Of a stretch of 44,844 nt of DNA, positions 37,541 to 44,844 are shown piece by piece. A program made the translations under genes and the position numbers. Location: IMG/VR virus record IMGVR_UViG_3300027772_000952, positions 1 through 44,844 of that record; one strand, given 5' to 3'. The notes under the pieces are model-generated. The model ran no database searches, was not told where the DNA came from, and was given only the letters and a program-made list of their open reading frames with translations. The number at the start of each line of letters is the position of its first letter. Within the stretch, counting starts at the first letter, position 1. Source of the DNA: a virus. Taxonomy: Duplodnaviria > Caudoviricetes.

Positions 37541-37546
37541 TATTTA
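37541..37546 (-). promoter_or_regulatory. late-type promoter TAAATA (leaderless)
   Basis: TAAATA-CAGT-ATG; the TAA is the stop of hldD copy 2. Confidence 0.6.
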
Positions 37547-38359
37547 ACTGTTTAGCCAGTCTTCTACAGTAATCCATTGTTGCGGCCCAATAGTAGCCGT
37601 TAGTTTAGTTAGATCAGCACAGGTATATGCTTGATACCCTTGTTTAAGTATTTCAGGCATATCTATGTACTCTATTTGTGCGTTGGTTTTCTTAGCAATT
37701 AGCTGGGCAACATGCTCAAAACTAACAGCATTGCCTGTGCCCACATTCCACACGCCAGATTCTTTAACTTGTTTAATAAACTCTACATGGGTTCTGCATA
37801 CATCTTCTACAGCAATAAAGTCACGTAGGTAGCTATCACTGTTATGAAACAGCTTGATCTTACCAGATTCTGCTTGTCTGCTGAACTGGCTTACAGGGCT
37901 ACCTTGACTGCCTTTATGCCCTTCTTGATTGCCGTAAACATTAAAGTAACGAAATCCTTGCACAGTATTGCCGCCTTGATGTTGTCTATGATAGTATTCA
38001 CACAGATACTTGCTCCATGCATACGGTGTGCGTGGATCTGGCATGGCTGTTTCAGTAAAGTCTGTTCCTAGCCCGTATACACTGGCACTGCTGGAGTACT
38101 GTAGATTAACACCATATGTTTTACACGCATTGAATAGTTGTCTAGTAAAGTCTACGTTCTGGCGCATTATTTTGTCTAGGTCACGTTCAGTTGTACTGCT
38201 AATTGCACCCAAGTGAATGATCCAGTCCTGTTCCATTACACTGGGCATATTGCCGTCGTCCCAATCGTATAGATTTACATTCCAGTCTGTGTTATCATTG
38301 ATATACTGAACTAAATTTTGTCCAATAAATCCTTTGTGGCCAGTTACTAATACTCTCAT
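37544..38359 (-). CDS. hldD: ADP-L-glycero-D-manno-heptose 6-epimerase-like SDR, copy 2 (start MRVLVTG)
   Basis: GHKGFIG, HLGAISSTTE, SSSASVYG, YAWSK, RYFNVYG-x2-EGHKG, RDFI-x-VED, YQAYTCAD. Confidence 0.88.
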   Translation of the reverse strand: MRVLVTGHKGFIGQNLVQYINDNTDWNVNLYDWDDGNMPSVMEQDWIIHLGAISSTTERDLDKIMRQNVDFTRQLFNACKTYGVNLQYSSSASVYGLGTDFTETAMPDPRTPYAWSKYLCEYYHRQHQGGNTVQGFRYFNVYGNQEGHKGSQGSPVSQFSRQAESGKIKLFHNSDSYLRDFIAVEDVCRTHVEFIKQVKESGVWNVGTGNAVSFEHVAQLIAKKTNAQIEYIDMPEILKQGYQAYTCADLTKLTATIGPQQWITVEDWLNS

Positions 38360-39111
38360 TCCAATTCCTGCAAAGTTGGGGCATAGACTCCTAAATGTTG
38401 TACAGTAACCGCACTCGCTGTTATTGCAAATTGTATAGCTTGTTCTATGCTGGCAGTATTTACATAGCAGTAGGCCAGAGCAGATAAAAATGTATCTCCT
38501 GCACCACAAACATCGCTAACCTCTACTCGTGGAGCAGAGAATCGTTGACCATTACACTCTGCTCCATCAGGACCCAGTGTAACTATCATATTACTACACT
38601 TAGTTTTGATTTGACTAAACTCTAAACTATTGATCTTAACAATACATCCTTCTAGTCTTGCTAAGTCTGTTTTCTTTGTATCAACAAAGATAGGGCCACT
38701 GTAGTCTTTACGCAGTGATTCAATTAGTTCATAACTAACTGTGCCTTTATTGTAGTCACTGATCACAATGGCATCGTAGTTGTCTAACTTATAGGTAATG
38801 ACAGCACTGGATGAATGTACATCGTTGTCAATACGAACAATCTGTTGTTTACTACGAGTATCAATTAGCCTGGTCTTAGTACTGGTCTCACCATAGACTG
38901 CGTATACATTACATCCTAGTGCTACTAAGTTGTTGTAAACATTACCTGCCATACCTGGACGGCTTTCTTCATGTGAGAACTTAAACACAGGGACAGGTGC
39001 TTCGGGACTGATACGATCAACTGTGCCGTATTGATATACGTCTATACAGTTATCTCCGATCAATAATATCTTGTATTGTTTTTGTCGTTGAGTATGGTTC
39101 AATTCGGTCAT
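38356..39111 (-). CDS. hldA: heptose-7-phosphate kinase-like PfkB protein (HldE domain I)
   Basis: IGD-x3-D, RISPEAPVPV, G-x-AGNV, ISDYNKG, DVCGAGDTF. Confidence 0.85.
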   Translation of the reverse strand: MTELNHTQRQKQYKILLIGDNCIDVYQYGTVDRISPEAPVPVFKFSHEESRPGMAGNVYNNLVALGCNVYAVYGETSTKTRLIDTRSKQQIVRIDNDVHSSSAVITYKLDNYDAIVISDYNKGTVSYELIESLRKDYSGPIFVDTKKTDLARLEGCIVKINSLEFSQIKTKCSNMIVTLGPDGAECNGQRFSAPRVEVSDVCGAGDTFLSALAYCYVNTASIEQAIQFAITASAVTVQHLGVYAPTLQELE

Positions 39112-39454
39112 AGTATATTACTTTAGTACAATATTGATGTGCGGTAGACTCTGTATCATGTTTCCAGTCACTGCCTTTAACGTACACATCTGGTTTGTAT
39201 CGTTCCATTAACGTGATTAGTTCTTCCTTGCTATCAAAGATCTCTACAATGTCCACAGCCTTAAGATTACTCAGCATGATCCTGCGATCGTTTTGATTGT
39301 TGATAGGACGATCTTTGCCTTTGAGTTCTTTAACACGACGGTCTGTATCAATAGCCACAATGAGATGATCACCGTAGCTACGTGCAGTGTTCAACAAGGC
39401 AACATGCCCAGGGTGAAGCACATCAAACGTTCCGTTAACCATTACTGTCTTCAT
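39050..39454 (-). CDS. hldC: heptose-1-phosphate nucleotidyltransferase-like (HldE domain II; start MKTVM)
   Basis: NGTFDVLHPGH, KGKDRPIN, PDVYVKGSDW, YSTT. Confidence 0.82.
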   Translation of the reverse strand: MKTVMVNGTFDVLHPGHVALLNTARSYGDHLIVAIDTDRRVKELKGKDRPINNQNDRRIMLSNLKAVDIVEIFDSKEELITLMERYKPDVYVKGSDWKHDTESTAHQYCTKVIYYDRIEPYSTTKTIQDIIDRR

Positions 39455-40272
39455 TCTAGATCCAACCATTCATATACATTTAGCCACTTGCGTTTGCCTA
39501 TTGTCTCTTTTAGATGCTTAAGGTTAGCACAGGTCTTTTGACGGAAGCGCGGTAACTCTGCGTCGGGCATAGGAATATGACGGATCTCTACACCTTCTTG
39601 TTCTGCAATAGCTTCTGCGATATCTAAGAATGAGTGTGATAGTCCGCTGCCTACATTCCAAATGCCACTGCCAACTACAGTTGTCATAAAGTCTAATTGT
39701 AAGCGGCACACATCTCCAACCCATGTCCAGTCACGATAGATGTGTTCAGCATTGTCCCACACTTCGATAAAGCCATCCTTCTTAGCCTGTTGGCGCCATT
39801 TGTAGATAGCATTAGCACGACGACCTCTAAGGTGCATCCATTTTCCATAACAGTTATGGTATCTAAATCCTTGCACCATTATGTGTTGTTCTTGTTGAAA
39901 GACCCAACGATCAAATAGATACTTGCTCCATGCGTACGGAGTTTGTGGGTAGCAGGGCGCATACTCACTAGTGTCTTTAGTATTGCCGTAGACGCTACTA
40001 GAACTAGCATACTGTAGGTGTACGCCGTGTTTGTTACATTCATTGAATAGACGCTGACTGAACTCTAGATTTTGATGTAGTACTTTGTCCACATCCGTTT
40101 CGGTCATGTCTGCAATGGCACCCAGGTGTATGACCCAGTTATAGGTTCGAACATCAGGAAATTCGTTAGGGTTCCAGTCCCACCCATCTACTTGCCAATC
40201 AGGTTGTTGGCTCAGAAAGGCTGACATGTTCTTACCAATGAAGCCCGAGGCTCCTGTTATTAACACTTTCAT
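39451..40272 (-). CDS. HldD-like NAD-dependent epimerase/SDR, copy 1 (divergent)
   Basis: GASGFIG, HLGA, ASSSSVYG, YAWSK, RDWTWVGD, NVGSG; lacks the HKG motif. Confidence 0.8.
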   Translation of the reverse strand: MKVLITGASGFIGKNMSAFLSQQPDWQVDGWDWNPNEFPDVRTYNWVIHLGAIADMTETDVDKVLHQNLEFSQRLFNECNKHGVHLQYASSSSVYGNTKDTSEYAPCYPQTPYAWSKYLFDRWVFQQEQHIMVQGFRYHNCYGKWMHLRGRRANAIYKWRQQAKKDGFIEVWDNAEHIYRDWTWVGDVCRLQLDFMTTVVGSGIWNVGSGLSHSFLDIAEAIAEQEGVEIRHIPMPDAELPRFRQKTCANLKHLKETIGKRKWLNVYEWLDLE

Positions 40273-41321
40273 TCTTCTACATCAAATAAGTCTTTGGCTA
40301 GTTGTGTTAACGTTGCTTGTTGTTTTTGTTTTTTCTTTTTACTGTTGAAGCCGTCTTTCATTCCAGGGTGTACTGTAGCAACATCAAGTTGTATCAATCC
40401 TGCAAGCTCATTAGGCACAAAGAAACGATCCATTACACCTTTAACTTTAAGCCATTGATCGGGTAACTTCTGTCCTCTAAAGTCATAAACAGAATAGTTG
40501 CCAATTTGATTAATAAAGAAATCCCAGATGTCATCTGGAGTATATCCAAACTTCTTACATTGTGCTTCTACAATTTCTAACTGTACTACCGGTCTACAGT
40601 TAGCAATAGTCTGCATTGCACCTTTAAGGATAGGAAGCTCATAGCCTTCACAGTCTACTTTGATAATGTCCACATCATCAAACTTGTAGCTATCTAATGT
40701 ATTAACTTGAACTGTGTGTACTGTATACTTTGTTTTAACTTTACGGTCATCAGTTAGGATACAGTTGTGTCCTGCATTGTTAGGATGATCTTCCATTTCA
40801 AAGCTACCTGGAGCATCACCTAGTCCTACATTGTGTGCAGTAACATTAGCAGTCATAGTTAGACTGGCAAATTGATCTTTGCCAGTCTTGTACCATCCAT
40901 CTGCATGATTGGGATCTAACTTTGTACTAACAGTCTTTGTGTCATAGTAACGACCTTTTAACTCAACATGTTGATTAAGTTCTATATTAGCCTGTGCTAG
41001 TTTATATGTTTCTGGGAACGGTTCAAAGCCATGTACACTCTGTGCCCATGTTGCGTATTCCATTGTGTTATTTGCCACGTTCATACCTACGTCACAGATT
41101 GTACGTGCGTTAGGTTTTAGTTTGCGTAGAAACTTTAGATTGCGTCCTTGATACGGACCGTTCTCTCTAGCAAAGCGTTGCACATACAATGCATCGCCTG
41201 CTGTGACCCAATACAGTCTACCCATACGGTTATGTATAAGTTCTTTTGTTGGATCAGTTTGTAACGGACTTAATGTCCTAAAGTGATTTATATCCCATTC
41301 GTGCCATTGATAGTTTTTCAT
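40269..41321 (-). CDS. FkbM-family SAM methyltransferase (start MKNYQ)
   Basis: CDVGMN, GFEP, VNTLDS, IIKVDCEGYELPILKGA, RPVVQLE; ATGA overlaps at both ends. Confidence 0.85.
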   Translation of the reverse strand: MKNYQWHEWDINHFRTLSPLQTDPTKELIHNRMGRLYWVTAGDALYVQRFARENGPYQGRNLKFLRKLKPNARTICDVGMNVANNTMEYATWAQSVHGFEPFPETYKLAQANIELNQHVELKGRYYDTKTVSTKLDPNHADGWYKTGKDQFASLTMTANVTAHNVGLGDAPGSFEMEDHPNNAGHNCILTDDRKVKTKYTVHTVQVNTLDSYKFDDVDIIKVDCEGYELPILKGAMQTIANCRPVVQLEIVEAQCKKFGYTPDDIWDFFINQIGNYSVYDFRGQKLPDQWLKVKGVMDRFFVPNELAGLIQLDVATVHPGMKDGFNSKKKKQKQQATLTQLAKDLFDVEE

Positions 41322-42238
41322 TTTGCCTTTTTCCATCTGTCTTTGAATTTATCTGGATAGAATGCTGTAGCAATTGCACTAGGATCATTACCAACTAAAA
41401 GTTTTAAGTTCTCTTCGTTTAACACAGGGGATGTACTACTACATGGTTCTTTCAAGTATGTACTAGTATACACTTCTTGTCTGTATTGATCAATAGTTTC
41501 TGGTTCAATTGCTTCAAAGCGGTTTCTAAACTCAGCAAAATATTTATTACGATTCCAACGGTTGCTATTAATTTCGTTAATAGTGCAATTGGTTACGTCT
41601 TCAAAGCCATCGTCTGTGTACTGTAACACATTAGCACCAACATTGGCATAGCGCCAGAATGGTGCAATGTTCTTATTAGTATTTGATCCGCCATCTTTGC
41701 GTTCACTGTTGTGAACAGTAACCACAAGACTTAGATCCATAACGAAACGAACAAGACTCTTTGGATCAATCTTGTTATTGTTGAGAATCTTTTCTACTGC
41801 TAACTTCTTAATATGATTGACTTGGAAGTTGTGTTCACAATGGAAGCCGCCTTCCTTAGTGTGAAACTCATCTGTGCTTAGTCCACTAAGACCATTAGTG
41901 AGCATTTGACTTAGTCCATAACCTGTAATAAGATCCGCACCCAAGTTGCCTTTCTTCTCTGTAGTGTTTAACACGTTGCTCTGTGTTTCTCTAATACAGA
42001 ATCCCAAGTTGTTATAGTTTTCGTTACTGGCACTACGATATCCAGGACCGGCGCCAAAGCCTGGACCAAAGTGTTGATTGAACCAATGGTACTGTTCTAA
42101 TGTGTTAAGTTCTTTACTGCCTACTTCGTTGGCAAAGGTGCGCAGATCGTTGGCTAGATAATGTAAACGCAGACCCCAAATACAGGCCTTCTCTAATTGT
42201 TTATTGATGTCTTGTGCTAGAAACTTTTGGATGTTCAT
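41318..42238 (-). CDS. hypothetical protein (306 aa), possible HNH-like metal site
   Basis: FHCEHNF motif followed by VVTVHNSE; weak support. Confidence 0.55.
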   Translation of the reverse strand: MNIQKFLAQDINKQLEKACIWGLRLHYLANDLRTFANEVGSKELNTLEQYHWFNQHFGPGFGAGPGYRSASNENYNNLGFCIRETQSNVLNTTEKKGNLGADLITGYGLSQMLTNGLSGLSTDEFHTKEGGFHCEHNFQVNHIKKLAVEKILNNNKIDPKSLVRFVMDLSLVVTVHNSERKDGGSNTNKNIAPFWRYANVGANVLQYTDDGFEDVTNCTINEINSNRWNRNKYFAEFRNRFEAIEPETIDQYRQEVYTSTYLKEPCSSTSPVLNEENLKLLVGNDPSAIATAFYPDKFKDRWKKAK

Positions 42239-42650
42239 CTGCTTCTTCCATATTATAAAATTTGTTAAACTCAGCAATGTTATCAATAGTTAAAGGTAGG
42301 AACTTTGGATCTACTTTCTCTAATAGATAGCCGTCCTCTGCAATTAACTTATCAATCATAACTGCAATGTCAGTGGCAGTTAATCCGCCTATCCACTCTG
42401 AGTGGCCGCGACCTGTCCTATCAATGTGCCAGTCATATATGCGTTTGATTGCACGTTCTAAATTATCTACTGCATTCGCTGGACCTATGTAGGCTACATT
42501 AAAGCAGGCAGTATGATTGTCCTTACTAAAGGAGTTTTGATATACGCCAAGGCGTATCTCAGCATTACCTGTGATACCTACCTTGGCAGCAATTCGATTA
42601 GTGTATTTTGCAAACGGACAATTAAATCCGTATAACACCTTCCTAATCAT
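42201..42650 (-). CDS. GIY-YIG-like (T5orf172/MUG113-type) protein (start MIRKV)
   Basis: LYGF...KVGIT-x5-RL-x2-YQ...LE-x-AI...SEW pattern. Confidence 0.65.
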   Translation of the reverse strand: MIRKVLYGFNCPFAKYTNRIAAKVGITGNAEIRLGVYQNSFSKDNHTACFNVAYIGPANAVDNLERAIKRIYDWHIDRTGRGHSEWIGGLTATDIAVMIDKLIAEDGYLLEKVDPKFLPLTIDNIAEFNKFYNMEEADEHPKVSSTRHQ

Positions 42651-42651
42651 G

Positions 42652-43845
42652 TTAGACTTTCCAGACATAGTCAGCTGGCGGTAAAACAGCACGGCCTACC
42701 TTGCTATTATACAGATTAATCAAACCGTTCATGACTTGCATCTTATGTGTGTCTTGAGGAACCCCTTTACCTTTACCTGTGTAAAGGGCATTTTCATAAC
42801 TTGCTTTGATTTGTCCCTGTACACTCTCTGCATCACCGTACTGTTTTTTAAGTAATGCAATAAGTTCTGTGTCGAACTGTGCATCCAATGTGCCGTGTTG
42901 TGTACTTGCTTTATGATACAAGTAGGCAAGTGGGCGGAACACTTCTAAGACTAACGGAGTGTTGGGCCAAGCCTTGCGATGTACTTCTAACGCACGATCA
43001 AAGTAAATGCCCTTGTTACCGTATTTGTCTTCAAGCTCAAAGCATTCTACACCACTCTTAATTTGTGTAAACGCACCTGCAGACGTAGAATGACGCTTAG
43101 GAACACAAGTATTCTTAACAAGGATATTGTTAAGGGCAATAGTTTCGCTGTCGCCGCACTCTAGTTTAATCATAAACTCGTCGTATGCATGAAGTTTACG
43201 TTTGTTCTTAGAGTTGATACGGATCATGTTAGTACCTGCTAACCAAATACCATATCGTTTGCGGCCTTCTTCTGTTGCGTCAAACCCAGCGTTAGTAATC
43301 TCTAACCACGAAACTGTGTCAATATCAATAACCCACAATGGGAACTTAGTGTAGCCCTGTAAGCGACATACTTGCAGTGTGTGGTGACCGTCCCACACAC
43401 AATAGTAGACTTTGCCGTTAATTGTAAACTTAACAGCACATGGCATAATGACAGCAGTATGCTCAAAGTCTGCATCAATGTTAACAGTATGGTTTGGAGC
43501 TACATCACGTTGGAACAATGTCCAAAGGAATAGCTCAGACCAATCTGCGTAAATTAGTTTAGGACTTGCAGATGAATTGGGCAGGTAGGTAATTTGTATA
43601 CCTGCAGATGGATCGTATGTATATGGTCCACGATTTTGAAATTTTGGTCCAACGACAGCAACGATTGCTTGGTGAATGTCTTCTAGTGGAATAATCTTTT
43701 CGTGATAATTCTCGGCCATTGTACGCAAGTCAATTGCGTCTGTTTCCATTTCAAACGGAGTACTGTACTTGAATAAGAACTGTTTGATACTCTGTTTTTG
43801 ATTCCACTTATGTGGGGCCTGCATGAGACTTAAAGATGTTGTCAT
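42652..43845 (-). CDS. ParB/Srx-like N-terminal domain protein (397 aa)
   Basis: FQRD...YYCVWDGHHT-x-Q resembles the ParB/DGQHR signature; IN-x3-KRKL-x2-YD downstream. Confidence 0.65.
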   Translation of the reverse strand: MTTSLSLMQAPHKWNQKQSIKQFLFKYSTPFEMETDAIDLRTMAENYHEKIIPLEDIHQAIVAVVGPKFQNRGPYTYDPSAGIQITYLPNSSASPKLIYADWSELFLWTLFQRDVAPNHTVNIDADFEHTAVIMPCAVKFTINGKVYYCVWDGHHTLQVCRLQGYTKFPLWVIDIDTVSWLEITNAGFDATEEGRKRYGIWLAGTNMIRINSKNKRKLHAYDEFMIKLECGDSETIALNNILVKNTCVPKRHSTSAGAFTQIKSGVECFELEDKYGNKGIYFDRALEVHRKAWPNTPLVLEVFRPLAYLYHKASTQHGTLDAQFDTELIALLKKQYGDAESVQGQIKASYENALYTGKGKGVPQDTHKMQVMNGLINLYNSKVGRAVLPPADYVWKV

Positions 43846-43943
43846 TTTACTTACCTTTCGCTGACTTAATTTACAGCATTAATAGATTTACTACGATCAA
43901 TGTATGGACCTATTTCCATACACCCTGTTTCAACCATACGTTA

Positions 43944-43972
43944 ATTATACAATCATAGTTGCTCAGTGTCAA
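43944..43972 (-). promoter_or_regulatory. perfect-consensus sigma70 promoter
   Basis: TTGACA-17-TATAAT upstream of the ParB-like to hldD operon. Confidence 0.88.
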
Positions 43973-43977
43973 GCGTT

Positions 43978-44006
43978 ACTATAATTAAATTTGTCCAAAA
44001 TGTCTA
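43978..44006 (-). promoter_or_regulatory. second tandem sigma70-type promoter
   Basis: TAGACA-17-TATAGT immediately upstream of the first. Confidence 0.55.
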
Positions 44007-44375
44007 CGTGGACAACTTCTTCCACTTTATTAGCCAATGTGTATAATCTTGTTCTTTGAGTTTGGCTGTGATAGCAAATTGATATCCATAATTAAATGGA
44101 TCTGCATGTCTATGCCATTCTGGAGTTTCAACTGCATTTTTCATAATCCATTGTCCTTCTTCACTATGCTCCCATTCGTATAATGGCTGGGCGGCATAGA
44201 GTATTGGATCCTCAACATCGCCCATCCTAAATGTATGTGCCGTTATTGTGTAAATGCGAACTGCCCGATCGTCTATAACGATAACTTCATGATCAATCTT
44301 GCCTCGTGGAGCACCCATTGGACCAGTCCTACTGTCCCAATCCAACCCCTTATCGTTCATTCCTGATACAGCCAT
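44004..44375 (-). CDS. hypothetical phage protein (123 aa)
   Basis: TAATG coupling; MGDVEDP-x-LYAAQPL-x2-W motif; function unknown. Confidence 0.75.
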   Translation of the reverse strand: MAVSGMNDKGLDWDSRTGPMGAPRGKIDHEVIVIDDRAVRIYTITAHTFRMGDVEDPILYAAQPLYEWEHSEEGQWIMKNAVETPEWHRHADPFNYGYQFAITAKLKEQDYTHWLIKWKKLST

Positions 44376-44844
44376 TATATTGGAAACTTAAAGTCTATTG
44401 ATACAGGTTCAACTTCTACTGGCTTTGGGTTTGGTCTAATAGTGATTAGGTCGCTAGCCAATGTGGCTCGTTCCTGTGAGTTCTTCTGTCCAAGTATAAC
44501 CACAGCATAAGGACTTCCAGCTTTCTCTACTATCATAACCACACACTTGCCTGCGGCATTGGTAGTGCCAGTTTTGCTGATCAAGATGTTGTCAAATTGG
44601 AACAAGGTTGAATTGGTGTTCTTAAGATTGATAGTTAATGACTTCTTGCCTTTTGGCACACTCACTGTGGTGTTACGTTCTTTGGTTATATCACGGATAA
44701 CACTGTTGCCCTGTATCTTTGCTAGAAACTTGACTAGATCGTTTACGTTACTGACATTGCCTGCCAGTAATCCACTAGCATCTACTACACGAGTATTGAT
44801 CAATCCCCAACCGGTGATCCAACGATTAGCATCTTCTAAGTAGA
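44375..44844 (-). CDS. peptidase S11 (D-Ala-D-Ala carboxy/endopeptidase, PbpG-like), 5'-truncated by the window edge
   Basis: Frame stays open to the window end; NT-x3-D-x-SGL, NVS-x3-DL, NTN, SKTG-x-T-x-AAG-x-C. Confidence 0.85.
   Translation of the reverse strand, partial: YLEDANRWITGWGLINTRVVDASGLLAGNVSNVNDLVKFLAKIQGNSVIRDITKERNTTVSVPKGKKSLTINLKNTNSTLFQFDNILISKTGTTNAAGKCVVMIVEKAGSPYAVVILGQKNSQERATLASDLITIRPNPKPVEVEPVSIDFKFPI

Noticed and set aside
38360-38509. Cys-rich 50-aa N-terminal extension of hldD copy 2 in the ORF track
   Set aside because: Overlaps the kinase gene; ATG 38359 gives an ATGA overlap and starts at the Rossmann motif. Upstream starts at 15657, 15985, 30230, 34416, 39469, 41336, 42286 and 42692 were trimmed likewise
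27346-44844. Bacterial chromosome or LPS locus origin for hemA, hld, ybaN, yqgE and the S11 peptidase
   Set aside because: Genes are interleaved with phage late-promoter units and lack their usual chromosomal neighbours (waa genes, yqgF); gene packing matches the phage region
1-44844. tRNA/rRNA genes, integrase or transposase, stop-codon reassignment
   Set aside because: No cloverleaf or such ORFs recognised, intergenic gaps are short, and long ORFs are intact in the standard code

Overview
This window looks like part of a large lytic, T4-like/jumbo tailed phage genome of a Gram-negative host. The evidence is high gene density, overlapping stop/start codons, mostly minus-strand genes, T4-late-type (TA)TAAATA boxes and no cellular housekeeping synteny. 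About 1-27 kb is a virion fibre/decoration region. It holds Gly-rich (polyglycine-II-type) adhesin domains, a PA14 protein, a beta-propeller, an Mtd_N/beta-helix protein with phycobiliprotein-like C-x-R-D repeats, a 2242-aa protein with 12 He_PIG Ig domains, and several Pro-poor collagen-like proteins built from G[YF]TGS repeats. 27-31 kb holds a lone plus-strand 5-aminolevulinate synthase (hemA) and a late nuclease-lipoprotein-lipase-membrane protein operon. 31-44 kb holds sigma70-driven operons: fused glycosyltransferases/FkbM; HNH-radical SAM-YbaN; and a coupled ParB-like/GIY-YIG/FkbM/ADP-heptose (hldD-hldC-hldA-hldD) operon. It also holds a late lytic transglycosylase/YqgE unit and a truncated S11 peptidase at the edge. 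The best candidate novel systems are both inference: (i) phage-encoded heptose/sugar synthesis plus glycosyltransferases that may glycosylate Thr-rich collagen fibres or DNA, and (ii) tetrapyrrole supply (hemA) coupled to a possible bilin-binding virion protein. All family assignments come from motif recognition by eye; no database searches were run.
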